Of a stretch of 64,000 bases of DNA, positions 51,301 through 64,000 are shown one piece after another. This stretch comes from Antedon mediterranea (taxonomy: Eukaryota > Animalia > Echinodermata), in NCBI RefSeq assembly GCF_964355755.1, contig NC_092673.1, positions 4,774,001 through 4,838,000 on the forward strand. Direction: 5' to 3'. Both the position numbers and the translations under genes were made by a program. The notes under the pieces are model-generated. The model saw nothing but the letters and a program-made list of their open reading frames with translations, searched no databases and was not told the origin of the DNA. The first letter of the stretch is position 1, and every line of letters begins with the position of its first letter.

Positions 51301-52014
51301 TGCCTCATTGAGGTACTGTAGGCCCTTACTAAATGTTGTTTACCAAAAAAAAAAACTTTCATAGTTTAAACCGACATATTATTAAAAAAACAACAATCAC
51401 ACCCTATACAAAACCTATTTATCAACAATTGTTAACTACAAATATAGACGAAAGGTCTCACAAAATACAGATCAACATATATATATATTTTTCAAATTTC
51501 ACTGGTAAACTTGCTAGAAATCCCTTCTCTAAATTCTGAAAATCTGCACACTCCAACACACTTTGTCTTGTCCTCCGAGCAACTCTCAATTTCTCCACTC
51601 TCTCTTTCTCCTTCTCTAACTATTAATTATTTAAATTAGGTTACTAAATCTCAAATTGTCCACTTTCCCTACCAAAAACTATACACCACTTTTCATATAC
51701 TCCACATTTATTTAAATTTAATATTCTAGAAACTGGTTAACATTTTGCTTATTCCTTATTTTAAGTAACCCTGATTTACCCTACTTTTATTATACATTTA
51801 TTTTAATTTATCTATTAATTACTATAATGTAACAAATTTATTGTGAAAAATACAATTTCTTATCAAATTCTCAAATCATGTTATTCATTTCAAACAAATA
51901 GGATGTCACAAACCACTTGATGGTAATTTTTAATAATTGTTTTTAATGGTAATTTTTTAATGATGTTTCTATTTTATAATTAAAGATTTGAATTAAAACA
52001 ACATCTGTTTAATA

Positions 52015-52310
52015 AAGAAAATTTAAATTTAATTTTGAACACAAAAAGTTGGTGTACAGAAAATATTTTAAAGTACGTATTCATTAACACTTTCTTTGAA
52101 AAATGTAATTAATTATGTCAAAATGAGACAGATCGGATCGTTTGCATCAGAACTTGGTGTAATAAAATTTAAATTTAACCCACACAAAAGTGGGTGTACA
52201 GAAAATATTTTAAAGTACTTATTCATTAACAACAGTTTCTTAGAAAAAATCTAATTAATTATGTAAAAATGAGACAGATCGTGTCGTTAGCATCAGAACT
52301 TTGTGTAATA
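52015..52310. repeat. Two-copy tandem duplication, ~140-bp unit
   Basis: GGTGTACAGAAAATATTTT...AAAATGAGACAGATCG...GCATCAGAACTT occurs twice. Confidence 0.85.
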
Positions 52311-52522
52311 CTAACTACAACCCAGATTAATATTTATCTACTTAGCATACTCTTCATTAATCTTATCTTTACCCTCGAGATATATCCATACATCAACAAC
52401 AGAATTATGAACACCTTATAAAGTCTCCTGATAATCACAGCCTGTGATTATTAATAATGAAATCATTCAGATAGTGGACGCTGATGTCTTGGCAATGATT
52501 CTGATTCAGAGAAGTAGTAGGC

Positions 52523-52735
52523 ACTTAAGTGAGATATTTTCAAAGTATCAAATACTAAATTCAACTAAATACTCAGATATCAAGTATTTTACTTAAGTGA
52601 GATATTTTCAAAGTATCAAATACTAAATTCAACTAAATACTCAGATATCAAGTATTTTACTTAAGTGAGATATTTCCAAGTATCAAATACTAAATTCAAC
52701 TACTGTAAATACTCAAATATCAAAGTATTTTACTA
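52523..52735. repeat. Tandem repeat, ~68-bp unit x3
   Basis: ACTTAAGTGAGATATTTTCAAAGTATCAAATACTAAATTCAACTAAATACTCAGATATCAAGTATTTT repeated. Confidence 0.92.
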
Positions 52736-52812
52736 ATAAGTTGATAAATATTTAAGAATTTTTTAAGTGGTATTAAGACTTTCTACATTTTAAAAGGAAG
52801 AGTTTCTCTTAA

Positions 52813-52952
52813 AGCTCTGTCTACACTATCAATGTATGATTATGACAAGTGATGTGCCCATATAAGAACATGATGATGTCATCACTACCAAATATTATTT
52901 GGGCACATCACACTATTTTCTTGTCAAACTAGTTTGATAGTGTAAACAGACT
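52813..52952. mobile_element. MITE family A
   Basis: TIRs and core. Confidence 0.8.
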
Positions 52953-54357
52953 AAGTGTAATTGTTGAATACGACCACTGAACAGCAATCAAATAGACATT
53001 TAACAATTTCAAAAGTAGATATGCAACATTCCTTAAAATGACTTTTAATATTAAAATGTATTAAATGTATTCACAAGGTCATGTGATGAAGAAAAGGTTA
53101 TGTTGAAAATGAATGAGAATTTTTGTAACAGAAAAGTGGTAATTAAAAATATAGAGAGACTCAAAGGTTCACTTTTGGAAGAAAAAGAAAATTAGTGTTG
53201 GTATATTGGTATTCTTTAATTAAGTGACCAAGAAAACGGGTTCTTTATTATTTTCCAAATTGCATCAATAAAACTAAATGACAAGACAGTCATTCAGATT
53301 GCGCATACATTTACATTAATGATTACATTAATGATCACATAGATGCAACACAGTTAATACTAGTTGAATGCTAGATTGACAAATCTTAATATCCATCTCA
53401 ATAAATTGTTTTATACAGTATGAAACAAGCATATTAATTCCTCTATTCGAAATGATAATTTAAAATATTGATAATGATATGATAACATTATTATTTATTT
53501 ATCAATTTCTACAAGATTCATACAAATTTATTAATAGGATTGTCTGAATCTATGATGAATCTTCCAGTTTAATGCATTTAACCTTAAATGCCAGAGAATG
53601 TTAACTACGCCAGTACAGCGAAGACTCTAAGGTTTCCTACCTACAGGCAATAAGCAATTAATTCTGAATATTATCGGAATTCTACATTTCTTTAATCCAT
53701 TCCTTGTTTTAAACATTTTGACTACGAAAAAGAAATATGCTTATTATTGTATTTATCATATTTCTTGTAATTAAGTTTTTATTTTATTTTTTTTTAATGT
53801 ATTCTATACAGTTTATTATGAGGCCAGAAAATATACAAATATTTAATTTTTTTTAAGTAACACTTTATCCATTCCACATCATTTAATTTATTTTTTATAC
53901 ACAACACTAATCTGTTGATTAAGTTTTATTCAAATTTGTTATTTTCCTCATTTTACTATTAATTTTGTATAGCAAGAAAAGGCTAATAAGAATTTCCGTA
54001 TAAGGAAAAAAAGGAAAAATCTGAGTTTATAATTTATCAATGCATAAGGCCTCTGTGTACAATAGATAGCACCAACTTTTACCTACTTTATTACTAATTA
54101 AAGTAAACTATATTATACCTTCATCTTTTTCCTATGCCTTTTGTCTCATATAGCAAATGTAAAACATTACAAAGGCTGGATTTTTAACACTCCTACATAA
54201 AAAATAATATTAAAAGTGGCAACTACTTTCTGCAGACAAAGAAAAGTTTAATTACTTAAAATACGGAATTATTCATGCCAACAATAACATTTTATAAACA
54301 ATAATTATAATTTTCATTCTGTATATCAAGACAATTGAAGGAAAAAATTGTTTAATA

Positions 54358-54598
54358 CAGTAGAACCTTTATTATGGAGAAAATTGAATAGGGGTGGTCG
54401 AGGTGTAACATATATTCACCTTATTCCACAGTAACTTAAGCTCTGTCTACACTATCAAACTTTATGTGAAGTGTCCATATATGGACATGATGACAACATA
54501 TCACTACCATATTTGGGCACATCACACTTTTTTTTGACAAACTAGTTTGATTATGTAGACAGAGCTTAATAGGGGGTTCCAGCGGGTATGTTCAACTG
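54358..54598. mobile_element. Tc1/pogo-type MITE remnant containing a family A MITE (54439-54566)
   Basis: TA|CAGTAGAAC...GTTCAACTG|TA outer ends, inner AGCTCTGTCTACAC TIRs. Confidence 0.7.
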
Positions 54599-55586
54599 TA
54601 TTTTAGTAAGTGAATAAAAACATTAACTTCCATAATTAGCCAATGGTATTAGCCATAGATAATACAGCCTTAGTGGGCAACAAACCTCACAAAAACTCCT
54701 CCACAATTCTCTAATAAAATATCCTGCTGCATTTCAATTAAATACATCGATCTTAGAATGAAATGTCCAGACATGAGACAGATCATAAACTTACAATCAA
54801 TGATGCTAAAATCTCTCGACAGAATTTAATCGCAATAAAACATTGAATCCAAACATATGCACGACACAGTTCCATCATCATCAATCCTTAGTTCCATCAG
54901 CAAAGACATTATTCTGACATAATTATATCTATTAACATAGGAACAATGTGATTTAGATGGTAAAACCACCTGAATAAAGATAACTGGAGGAGTTGACTGA
55001 TAATACAATACTACCATTATATATAAACAAACTATTTAAACTTCAACGCATTTAGAATCGTGTGTATGTTTGTTGTAAATGTATGACATTGTATACGTGG
55101 AAGCTATCACCTACACATTAAAATGAAATTTGAATCTGTAATATATGTAACGTAATAAATACAAAAACGCAGTTGTTTTGAACTATAATATGTAAAAGAG
55201 GTTTAGTATTAATTACTGTACAACAATAATTATAAAAAAAGAAGCAAAAGAATGTAAAAATGTATCTAGTATTATTTACTGTAAATATATTTTACTTTGA
55301 AAAAATAAGAATTGAAAGGAACAGTAGGAGAATTTTGTATAATTTATTGCTTGATATATGCATAAACTTGGCTTAAGACCAACCAATGGCATGTGTTTTG
55401 GCAAAGACAGATACATCTCATTGTATAACTATATATAATTATGTACAGTATATATCAAATGTTATACCATTCCTTTACAGTAACAGTTGGATTATTCTTC
55501 TACTCATAAAATAAAAAGAATGACAATTCATTACAAGACTTCATTGACATACAACATGTGTTGTGCAACAACAAAAACAAATCTAA

Positions 55587-55736
55587 AGCTGTATACACTA
55601 TCAGTATCAAACTAGTCTGACAGAAAAGTATGGTAGTGATATGCCCAAATATGGTAGTGATATGACATCATCATGTTCATATATGGGCACATCACATTTT
55701 GTTGTCACATAAAGTTTGATAGTGTAGACAAAGGCT
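55587..55736. mobile_element. MITE family A
   Basis: Degenerate TIRs and core. Confidence 0.8.
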
Positions 55737-57069
55737 TTAGGAAGAAGTAGCAAACATAAGTACAAAGTTGTGGGTTGATATATATACTGTATTTATACAG
55801 TAATATTCTTTGTAGTTTAATATAATTGTTATGTATTTCATGTTTGTTGTTTGTCTGTGTTCCCTCCAGTAAATAATTTAAACTGGTGTTTGGGAACAGA
55901 AATAATAAAGAAAAATTAATATTTATGTTGTTACGTGATGTGATTTGTTTTCATCTATACATATAAGATGTAAACAAATAAATAATCCCTGGGTTTTTTT
56001 TTCACCTACCCATAAAAAAACAAAAAATAGGTAATAACAAAAAATAAATACATTTTCGCAGGGGATCAGTTTCTGATACTGTATCTGTATCAATGGAAGG
56101 AGTTTATTAATGACTCTATTGCACTCAGAATTGAAGTAAAAGGGGTTACAGACAAACATATATCAGATATGTGAAAAGTATTTTAAAATGGATGTATTTA
56201 GGATTGTAAGGCTAACATTAGTATAATGAACATTTGATATTGGTATGATATTGGCATTATTAGTGATAAAGACATTATTGTCAAACTATACACCTGCCTG
56301 CATACAAACACACCTCATATCAGTACTCGCACTAAATACACCCTAGGCCTAAATGTATTATATCTCATTAAATAAAAGGATACTAAGGATCCTTTTATCA
56401 TCAGAAATAAATCACAAAATACTATTCCAATTTAAAGTGATTTCCAGACAGTAGTGCCTAGTATCGTACCTTACTTTATGACTTATAATAATGTCAGTAT
56501 TAATTAATCTAACTAAATGAATTTATACTACCATATTGAGCACTACATAGAAAGTACTATATGAGAATATACCTTCTCACTGAGTAAACTTAAAAGATTG
56601 GTAAAGAATCACTTCTTATATACAAAATGTATGTATATAATGGTTGAGCAGTGCTAGTCTAAACTGTATTTATAGATACTAGTAGTTGAATCTAATTAAT
56701 AAGTAATTAACCTATATTGTACATGGTACTAAACCTATTCCTCTGGTAATAAACTCATAACACTATTAGTAATGACATTAGTCTCTTGGTAGTCCCTTGG
56801 TAATGACCTATTTTAAATTGTTAATGACCCAACTCAATGACTTATTTCCAATCTAGTTTCATGCTTCAATAAGCTAATTACTTTTAGATCTTTTATTATA
56901 TCAAAAATATTTTATTGAACTTCAAAAAATTATTTAATTGAATTCTTGTAGTTGAGCGTGAAATTATTTCAATTCACAGCTCAATTTTGATATTACAGCA
57001 TTTCTTCAATTTGTGAATAAATCATAAATTATACATTTTCAGCAAAACAAAAAAAGGTGCTAGTTTATT

Positions 57070-57262
57070 TCTTTAATTATTTGACTTATTCAATTTTTTG
57101 ACTTATTCAATTATTTGACTTACTGTATTCAATTGCTTGACTTATTTGACAATTGACAATTATTTGACTTATTCAATTTTTTGACTTATTGAATTATTTG
57201 ACTTATTCAATCATTTTACTTATTCAATTTTGTTACTTATTCAATTATTTGATTTAGTCAAG
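57070..57262. repeat. 17-bp minisatellite TTATTTGACTTATTCAA, ~10 copies
   Basis: Directly visible. Confidence 0.88.
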
Positions 57263-58425
57263 TTTTTTTTTGTTATTTTCATTTATAAGGTCACTTGGAC
57301 TAAAAACAAAAAAGGACACTTTTACTTTTAAATATAAGTCATGAGGAATAAAGCAATAGCGGATCAATAGATAATATATGCATTATATATTACATTTGAA
57401 AACATTAGTCAACTGCTTTAACCACACGACAAATAACAGGTTCTCTTCTAAAGAAACTCATTTCTCTCATTTTAGAAACGTTATTAGTGTTTTATTCCTG
57501 ACTATTTACAAATAGTTTTTTAACAGTAGGTTCTGATTGCTGTATATTACTTTTACAGATCAGCTAAAATCCACTGTCAAACTTGACCCTACTTAAATGT
57601 TTTGGCATCAATGCAAAGCAAGTTTGAAAACCACACGTGACCTCTGACCCAATTGTGTGATCGGGTTTAACTGAACCGTATAAAAAAGTATTCTTCAGTT
57701 AGAGGGAGACATGCATTTTTTTGTACAAATTGTAATTTTTGTGTTCATATTAAATATTTTTAAAATATGTCATATGTAGATGTTGTATGAATTTTTATTT
57801 ATGGTTTGATAAATAACAATTCTATCAATGAAGGTTCATTCCGCATTGGATAAATATCTTCAATTTCAACGATGTGTTGAATTCCGGGTTGGACATAACT
57901 AGTTTCATTTTCAAAAATTGTTTATATTTTCTGAAAAGGTGTGGCTTGTTTGTGTCAGTATAGTAGTTTGTTTTCGTGCTTTCGAACTCTGGTAAATAAC
58001 CTGCTTGAGTGCAGACATAGAACTACAGATTTTAACCAGGATTGAATAGTGTGGTGTTATAATTATTACAAATATATTCCACTTGCAATAAATCATTGCA
58101 GTTCCCTATTATTAGCATAATAAGTACAACACTTGTGTGTATACCATCTTACTAAAAATGGTTTATGCAGCCAGCCTTTATTAGAGAAAATGTTTTTCTC
58201 CAGACATATTATGCCTAAGGCTGCGTTTACCCGAGATCCAAATAAAAAACTAGAACAGCACTTTAGATTCATTAATAAATCAGTGATGCTGTTCCAAAAA
58301 AAACAATAATAAATATCCATAATCAATAATAAATTAAAGTGTTCTATCTATATTTTTATATATATACATTTATATAATCATTTTTAATAAACAAAATAAA
58401 ATAATTCTCCTAATTTAAGCCTTCG

Positions 58426-61400
58426 TTACCTGGGTTTGGCCTTAATATTAATTGGTAAAGACCTACAATTGTTTCTCTCCATTGTCTTGACAACGGGTAT
58501 TGGTTGACTAGATGTTGCCAGTTTTGAGACAGGAGATGATGAGGGAGATGCTTTCTTGGCTTGCCTCCCCTGGCTACTTCTCATCAACTTGGGTTTCTTC
58601 CTCAGGGCAAAGATACCTTTCTTGATAAGTGATGGTTCACTCTGAAAGTATTTATTAAACCACAAATATTATTTCTTTCTTTCTAATTTCATAAATCAAA
58701 TTCATTAAAAAATTGTGTATCTTTCTATTAAAAAAAAAATACAGTGGAACCCATGTTCAGGGGCAGCCCTATTAAGGCAACAGCTTTCCTGTAAAACAAA
58801 TGAGGGGCAATACAGCCAGCCAATAATCTGGGTCTTGAAGGTGTCTCCTTTTAATAACGATTCTACTGTATATAAAAATGAAACCAAAATTAAGAATGTC
58901 TACATTAGGACTAAAGCTCTGTCTACACTATCAAACTTTATGTGACAACAAATTTGATGTGCCTATATATGCACATGATGTCATATCACTACCATATTTG
59001 GGCACATCACACTTTTTTTGTCAAACTAGTTTGATAGTGAAGACAGAGCTTTACACACTCTAAAATGATATGCCTGGTATTTCAATGCTTAACATACCTT
59101 AATTGTTTGAACCGTCTGTGTTGGGACTTCCTTTGCGGGTTGGGTTTGGACCGCAGAGGCAGCAGGAGCACCTCTGTCTACTTCCACGGTAACAGGAATT
59201 GGTAAGTCGCTAGAAAACAAAATAACTTCATTAATTTCCTATAAAAATAAGTGGCACTAATATGTTACATTTGTAGTTTAAATAAGCACTGATGATAGTT
59301 TTTAAAAACCAATTAACTGGTTTAGTCTCAGTACACTTGTTACAGCTCCTAATTCCAATTCTTGTACATAATCAAAGATGAATCACAATACATAACTTAT
59401 GAACACAAAACCCTGTAGATGATAATACAATTAAATATACCTGGCATAACCATGAAGAAATGGACAACTTTCAGCTTTGTAACATGTAGATTCCTCCCAG
59501 AAGCGACATGTCGTTGTGCTAAGATCATGCGAGAAGCGACAGTCACCCTTACGACACTTTCCTTCCAGATAGAAGCTACACGGCTTTGGTTGAAGCCCTG
59601 AAGAAACGAAAAGGTTAGTTATAAACAAATGGAATGTTATAAGCTTGAAGTGACCCTAGCAGTAGAGGGTTAGCTTTAGTTGATGTATACACCTGGTAGT
59701 CATAGTCGTACAAAGTGAGATAATATAAGATAGGGAGCTTGCGATTTACAATGAGCTAGGAGCTATTTACTAGTTTTAAAAGATGACATAAAAGAAAATA
59801 ATACAATGCAATAAAATAATGATATAAGGTCAGAGTTTGAAGGCATATGCCCTGAATGATGAAGAAAAATATCTTGTACTAGAGCCTATGCATTATTGTC
59901 ACTCAAAACTTAAATCCACTGTGTAGGGGAATTGAGGGAGGAAGCACATCCTAATCAGGGCCGTAGCCAGGATCTGTCAAGGGGGGGGGGGAGGGAGGAC
60001 ACTGCCCCGCCCCCCCCCCCACTCATTTTTTAAAATGACATCCCTAGATGACCGGAAATGGTACTCTCGCACATAACATTCATGATAAATGGCACATCTA
60101 ATTGGTCGGAAAAGACACTCTCATGCAGCAACCAATGAGCAAAACCGTCGTATTCATAGTTTTTTTCTCCTCCTCACACACGTGGGCTATTTAATCGCCG
60201 ATTGTTATGATCATTCATACGTCTAAGTGAATCCCCGAAAAAAGCACACTTTGTGTGAGAAGGCAAATTCAATGCTTATTATAGCTCTATCTATATTTAT
60301 TTACAGAAATTTGTTGAGGATAAATATTAATCAATGTAAATAAATGATATTGATGCAGTTGAGTAGCCTACGTATCGGCTGGTAGCCCTAGAAAAAAATA
60401 ATCGGATGCTATAATGTAAACTACAGTACATGATACCATAGATATTATAGTGTAATATATTAATATTCACTATAATCCTCTATGATGATGATACACGTAC
60501 TATACTTCATAGCCACACATTTTTTATGTCTTATTTTCTTTTTATCTTCTAATAGTAATCCACACTCTAATAGTAACCCTTCTTCTAATAGTAACCCACC
60601 TTATAAGTCAATCTATAATAATAATCCACTACTCTAAAGCCCCTTTCTCACAGATGTGCCTGCAATATACCGGTACAGTGCTGGCGTCGTGCCGGTATCG
60701 TTATCGGCATATACCCATTCTCATCGGACTATCGTGCCGGAAATATAACCGGTATATACCGGCTTTCTGTGAGAAAGGAGTCGGGCATATTCGGCCAATA
60801 AAAAGTCTCTGACAAAATAATTATTGAGGGCGCCCTTTATTGTTATTATTTTTGTCTAGCGATGATATGGCGGCGAATGTTAAGTTACAGATTATTATCT
60901 TCCTTTATAGCATATTTATGCAATACATGCTATGTACAGTATATTGTGCATATATTATACAGGTATAGCAATTAATTTGCCGTCATCGGCAATCTGTAAA
61001 ACACCTTAGAAGGCTGTAGGCCTACAATTTACAAGGCGACGAAAGGTCAGGCACCAACAAACAAAGAGCTAATGCTGGCCTAGCCTAGCGGCCTATATAG
61101 ATTATGCTACAAATTTCTTCTTGTCCCCTTATTTTAAGCAGCTCTCTTATCTCATTATCCCTCCAGTTCGACATTATTATTGTTAATTGAATTGAATAGG
61201 CGCCAAAGTGATACACTTGACTGCGCAAGGTGTCAAAGCCTCGACGGGGGGAACCCCGGAATATAACGGCAATACGTTCTCACAGAATGCCCGTCTGGCA
61301 TTGCGGGGAATATCCCTAGAATATTACTAGGTCTAAAGCAGGTCATGTCGATGCCGGCATGGTGCCGGCATGATGCCAAGACGACCCGTTCTCACAGAAA

Positions 61401-64000
61401 ACCATACCGGCATGGTAATGGTATATTCCCGCAATATTCCTGGCACACAACTCTGTGAGAAAGGGGCTTAATAGTAACCCATGGGGTTAATATTATAGTC
61501 ACAAAAACTATTGACAAAATTACATTATGAATTGAAGACTGGTCGTTTATGATGCAGCCGTATTTTGAAAATAAGGAGATAATGCATGTTGATCTCGGGA
61601 GTGGGGGAGGATTGAGTGTTTTTGAGTTTATAAAATAAAGTTAGAGTTCAAACAAATTTGTTTATTCGTACTGGTTTATTATTTTGCTATGATTTGCTGA
61701 CTGATTAGTAATAGTAACCCACTACTCTAATAGTAATCCCCCTTCTAATAGTTACCCACCCTTAAAAAACAATCAAAGAATAATAGCCCAGGGTTACAAT
61801 TAGAAGATTTACGGAATAGGCCTACTTTATGCATGCTGACTGCCGTGACCTAAACAATAGGTACGCGTTAGTCTGGCGGTGTCCTTTGTACGAATCGTTC
61901 GTGCACCAGCTCACTGTATGAGTACGATACACACGTCAATATCATGTTACATCCAGGGATTTCAAGGTTCAGAGCTGCGGCGTTTGCTTTCGTATTGTAC
62001 GCGGCGTACAACTCCATAGGTCTGAACCAGGATCGGCAATTCATTTTGCAACTCTTGGAAATTTACAGACACGTATCGCTCGACGTACGCTCATACAGCG
62101 AAGAATGTATCGAGTTATTCAAGAACGAGTTTACAAATTTTTCAATTTACGAATAACATTTTGTACTGTGTGGAGCACGTATTTGGAGGATTTTCAGAGA
62201 TGAGGGTGAGGGGATGGGGGTTCGCAGTCGGTTAAGGGGGTTCGCTGTAAAGGGGGGTTTGCCCGAACCATAAACCCCCCCTGGCTACGGGCCTGCTAAT
62301 TTCTCTGTATGTACCACATAACTAGTTCTTACTGTATATTGCAAATATAAATCTATAATTTCTAGTATGAAAGCCAAGCCCTAATTATTCAACCTCAACA
62401 TTTCTTACTGTTCTTTATTCTTGTCTTTTTCTTATATCCATGGCCATTGGTTGCCCGCTCTTCACTTTCCTGTAACCATTTCTCTTCAAGATCACAAGAG
62501 AATACCACTTTCTTGGGCATCTTGTGTTCCTCAATATTTGGTACAAAAACATCATCTTCATATGGAAATATCTATATAAAATATAATGAGTATTTTTGAA
62601 AGTGGATGGTTAAAATGGATATATATATTAGACTGCACAAAAGTGAATGCAACTTTTTTCTTCTTTTTTAGTAGCAAGCTTTTTTTTCAGAACAGAAGGC
62701 AGAAATTTACTAAATCTGCATATTAACTGTTCTGTTAATATTGGGATTGTATTTTTGTATTTGGTTTAACTTCCAAAAATGAAAGCTGGTTAATAATAAC
62801 ATAGGTATTTCAACATTGTAATTTGTATTCAAATTGACTGTTTGTCTTTACAAAGATGATGTAGAATTTAAAAGTAAAAAAAGATAAATTAACAGTACCT
62901 GTTGATCATAGTCTGAATTGACAGTTGGATCATATTCACCTCCACTGCTAAACCCATAATTTGTATCAGGATCGATATCTCCACCACCAGTCTGAAACCA
63001 CATTGCATGCCTCGGGCATGGCTGGCCAATGTCAACAACGTTAGCATTACCACCAACATTGGTTCCTTTACCACACAGACAAGGTAAATCTGTCTGGTCA
63101 TCTTTATGAAGATCGAACACTTCACTCATGTACTCTGCACCTGTCAAGTATGGAGGAGTTCTTGTTTGAAAGTTTGTTGGAAATGATGCAGAGATGATAT
63201 CTGGTTCTCTTGTTTGTTCTGTATAGTAAGAACTGCCTTTAGGATAAATAGTTCTTGGTTGATTACCGTCAGATAGGTATCCTGCTTCTGAAATATCCCA
63301 CTTGCCTATCTTTTCTAGATATCTTTTGGTGCAGTCCATCGATAGTTGATGTTTAGTTGTGTTGGACATAACAGGTTTCGATGTAGAGTACTCTATTCCA
63401 TCAAACGATGGTAACAGTGCATTGCCTTTGTCGCTGTTGAAATTCTCATCTCTGGCCACGGGCGAGTCTTCGGAAGAAAAACTCTCTCTGATTGGTCTGA
63501 AATGTGTTTTCGGTGAGATTAGCAGATCTTCAAACTCTCTGCGACTTTTTTCGTGAGGGCTCATAGCGTTTCTGTGTCTTTCAAAACTACTGCCAAAACC
63601 AATTGGCTGACTCTTTAAGTTTCTGATAGGTTCAGGCTTTGTAATAGCTGGTTTGATGGTTGTTAGACTGCCACATAAGCTTTCAGAATCACTGGCACTT
63701 TCAGTTGTTTTTGGTGTTGTTGAAGGACACCATGGGATGAAATCATACTCAGCCTCTGATGCCTCTTTCATCTCTTGCTCAAACGATACCGGTTCATTAA
63801 CCTTTGACTTGATATTACAAGCCGTTTTCAAACTTTGAGTAAGTTCCAAAATATTCTCAGTCTCTTTCATAACCTCATCAAATAGTTCTTGATGAGTGTC
63901 CCCAGGATGCAATTCAGAGTTATCATCCTCTTCAACATGTCCTCCAGATCGTGCAAAGTCAAACCGTGACGAGTTCCTCCTCGAAGTAACGAACACTGGG
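58426..64000 (-). CDS. Tandem CCCH zinc-finger protein, 3' part (possibly KIAA0232/DUF4603-like); gene begins beyond the right edge
   Basis: Phase-consistent exons 62899->64000, 62409-62571, 59441-59597, 59098-59209 and 58426/58430-58641. It either stops at TAA 58426 or splices (AG|GTAACG) in frame to 58093-58288. Fingers CSFYLEGKCRKGDCRFSH and CRFWEESTCYKAESCPFLH. The DLLISPKTHFRPI motif recalls the KIAA0232 family (from memory, unverified). Confidence 0.85.
58742..58868. mobile_element. Tc1/pogo-type MITE
   Basis: TA|CAGTGGAACC...GATTCTACTG|TA. Confidence 0.65.
58915..59050. mobile_element. MITE family A
   Basis: TIRs and core. Confidence 0.88.
59956..62295 (+). mobile_element. hAT-type element with 5-bp TSD, carrying nested insertions and a decayed transposase C-terminus
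   Basis: CTAAT|CAGGGCCGTAGCCAGG...CCTGGCTACGGGCCTG|CTAAT. Frameshifted SELRRLLSY / NSIGLNQDRQFILQLLEIYRHVSLD..EECIELF at ~61968-62125 resembles the hAT dimerisation domain. Confidence 0.75.
60638..61468. mobile_element. PIF/Harbinger-type non-autonomous element, 831 bp
   Basis: TAA|AGCCCCTTTCTCACAGA...TCTGTGAGAAAGGGGCT|TAA, with internal TTCTCACAGA subrepeats. It interrupts a host CTACTCTAATAGTAACCC repeat. Confidence 0.88.

Overview
AT-rich, intron-containing animal DNA. Composition and repeat content suggest a marine invertebrate deuterostome such as an echinoderm, but this is inference only. I reconstructed five protein-coding loci by hand from splice sites and reading phase. (1) The 5' part of a Knickkopf/Skeletor-family paralog (minus strand, runs off the left edge). 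(2) A complete Knickkopf/Skeletor-family gene (DM13-DM13-DOMON-C-terminal domain, minus, 3159/4488-14665) with two duplicated alternative terminal exons, each ending in a GPI-type signal. (3) A RAP80/UIMC1 orthologue (plus, 18818-28868) whose frame only closes with a 4-nt microexon. (4) An orphan ~156-aa single-pass membrane protein with a GC-AG intron (plus, 34692-38389). (5) The 3' part of a tandem-CCCH zinc-finger gene, possibly KIAA0232-like (minus, enters from the right edge), followed by about 12 kb of CpG-poor sequence that may be a very long 3' UTR. The rest is dense with non-autonomous DNA transposons (two PIF/Harbinger-type MITE families, two near-identical Kolobok-type copies, hAT, CACT-ended, Tc1/pogo, Helentron-like and ultra-short CAT(G/A)GA palindromes), SINE and LINE remnants, a Penelope-type inverted repeat carrying two minimal hammerhead ribozymes, and minisatellites. 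I found no prokaryotic features, CRISPR arrays, rRNA or intact tRNA genes. All family assignments come from motif recall; no database search was run.
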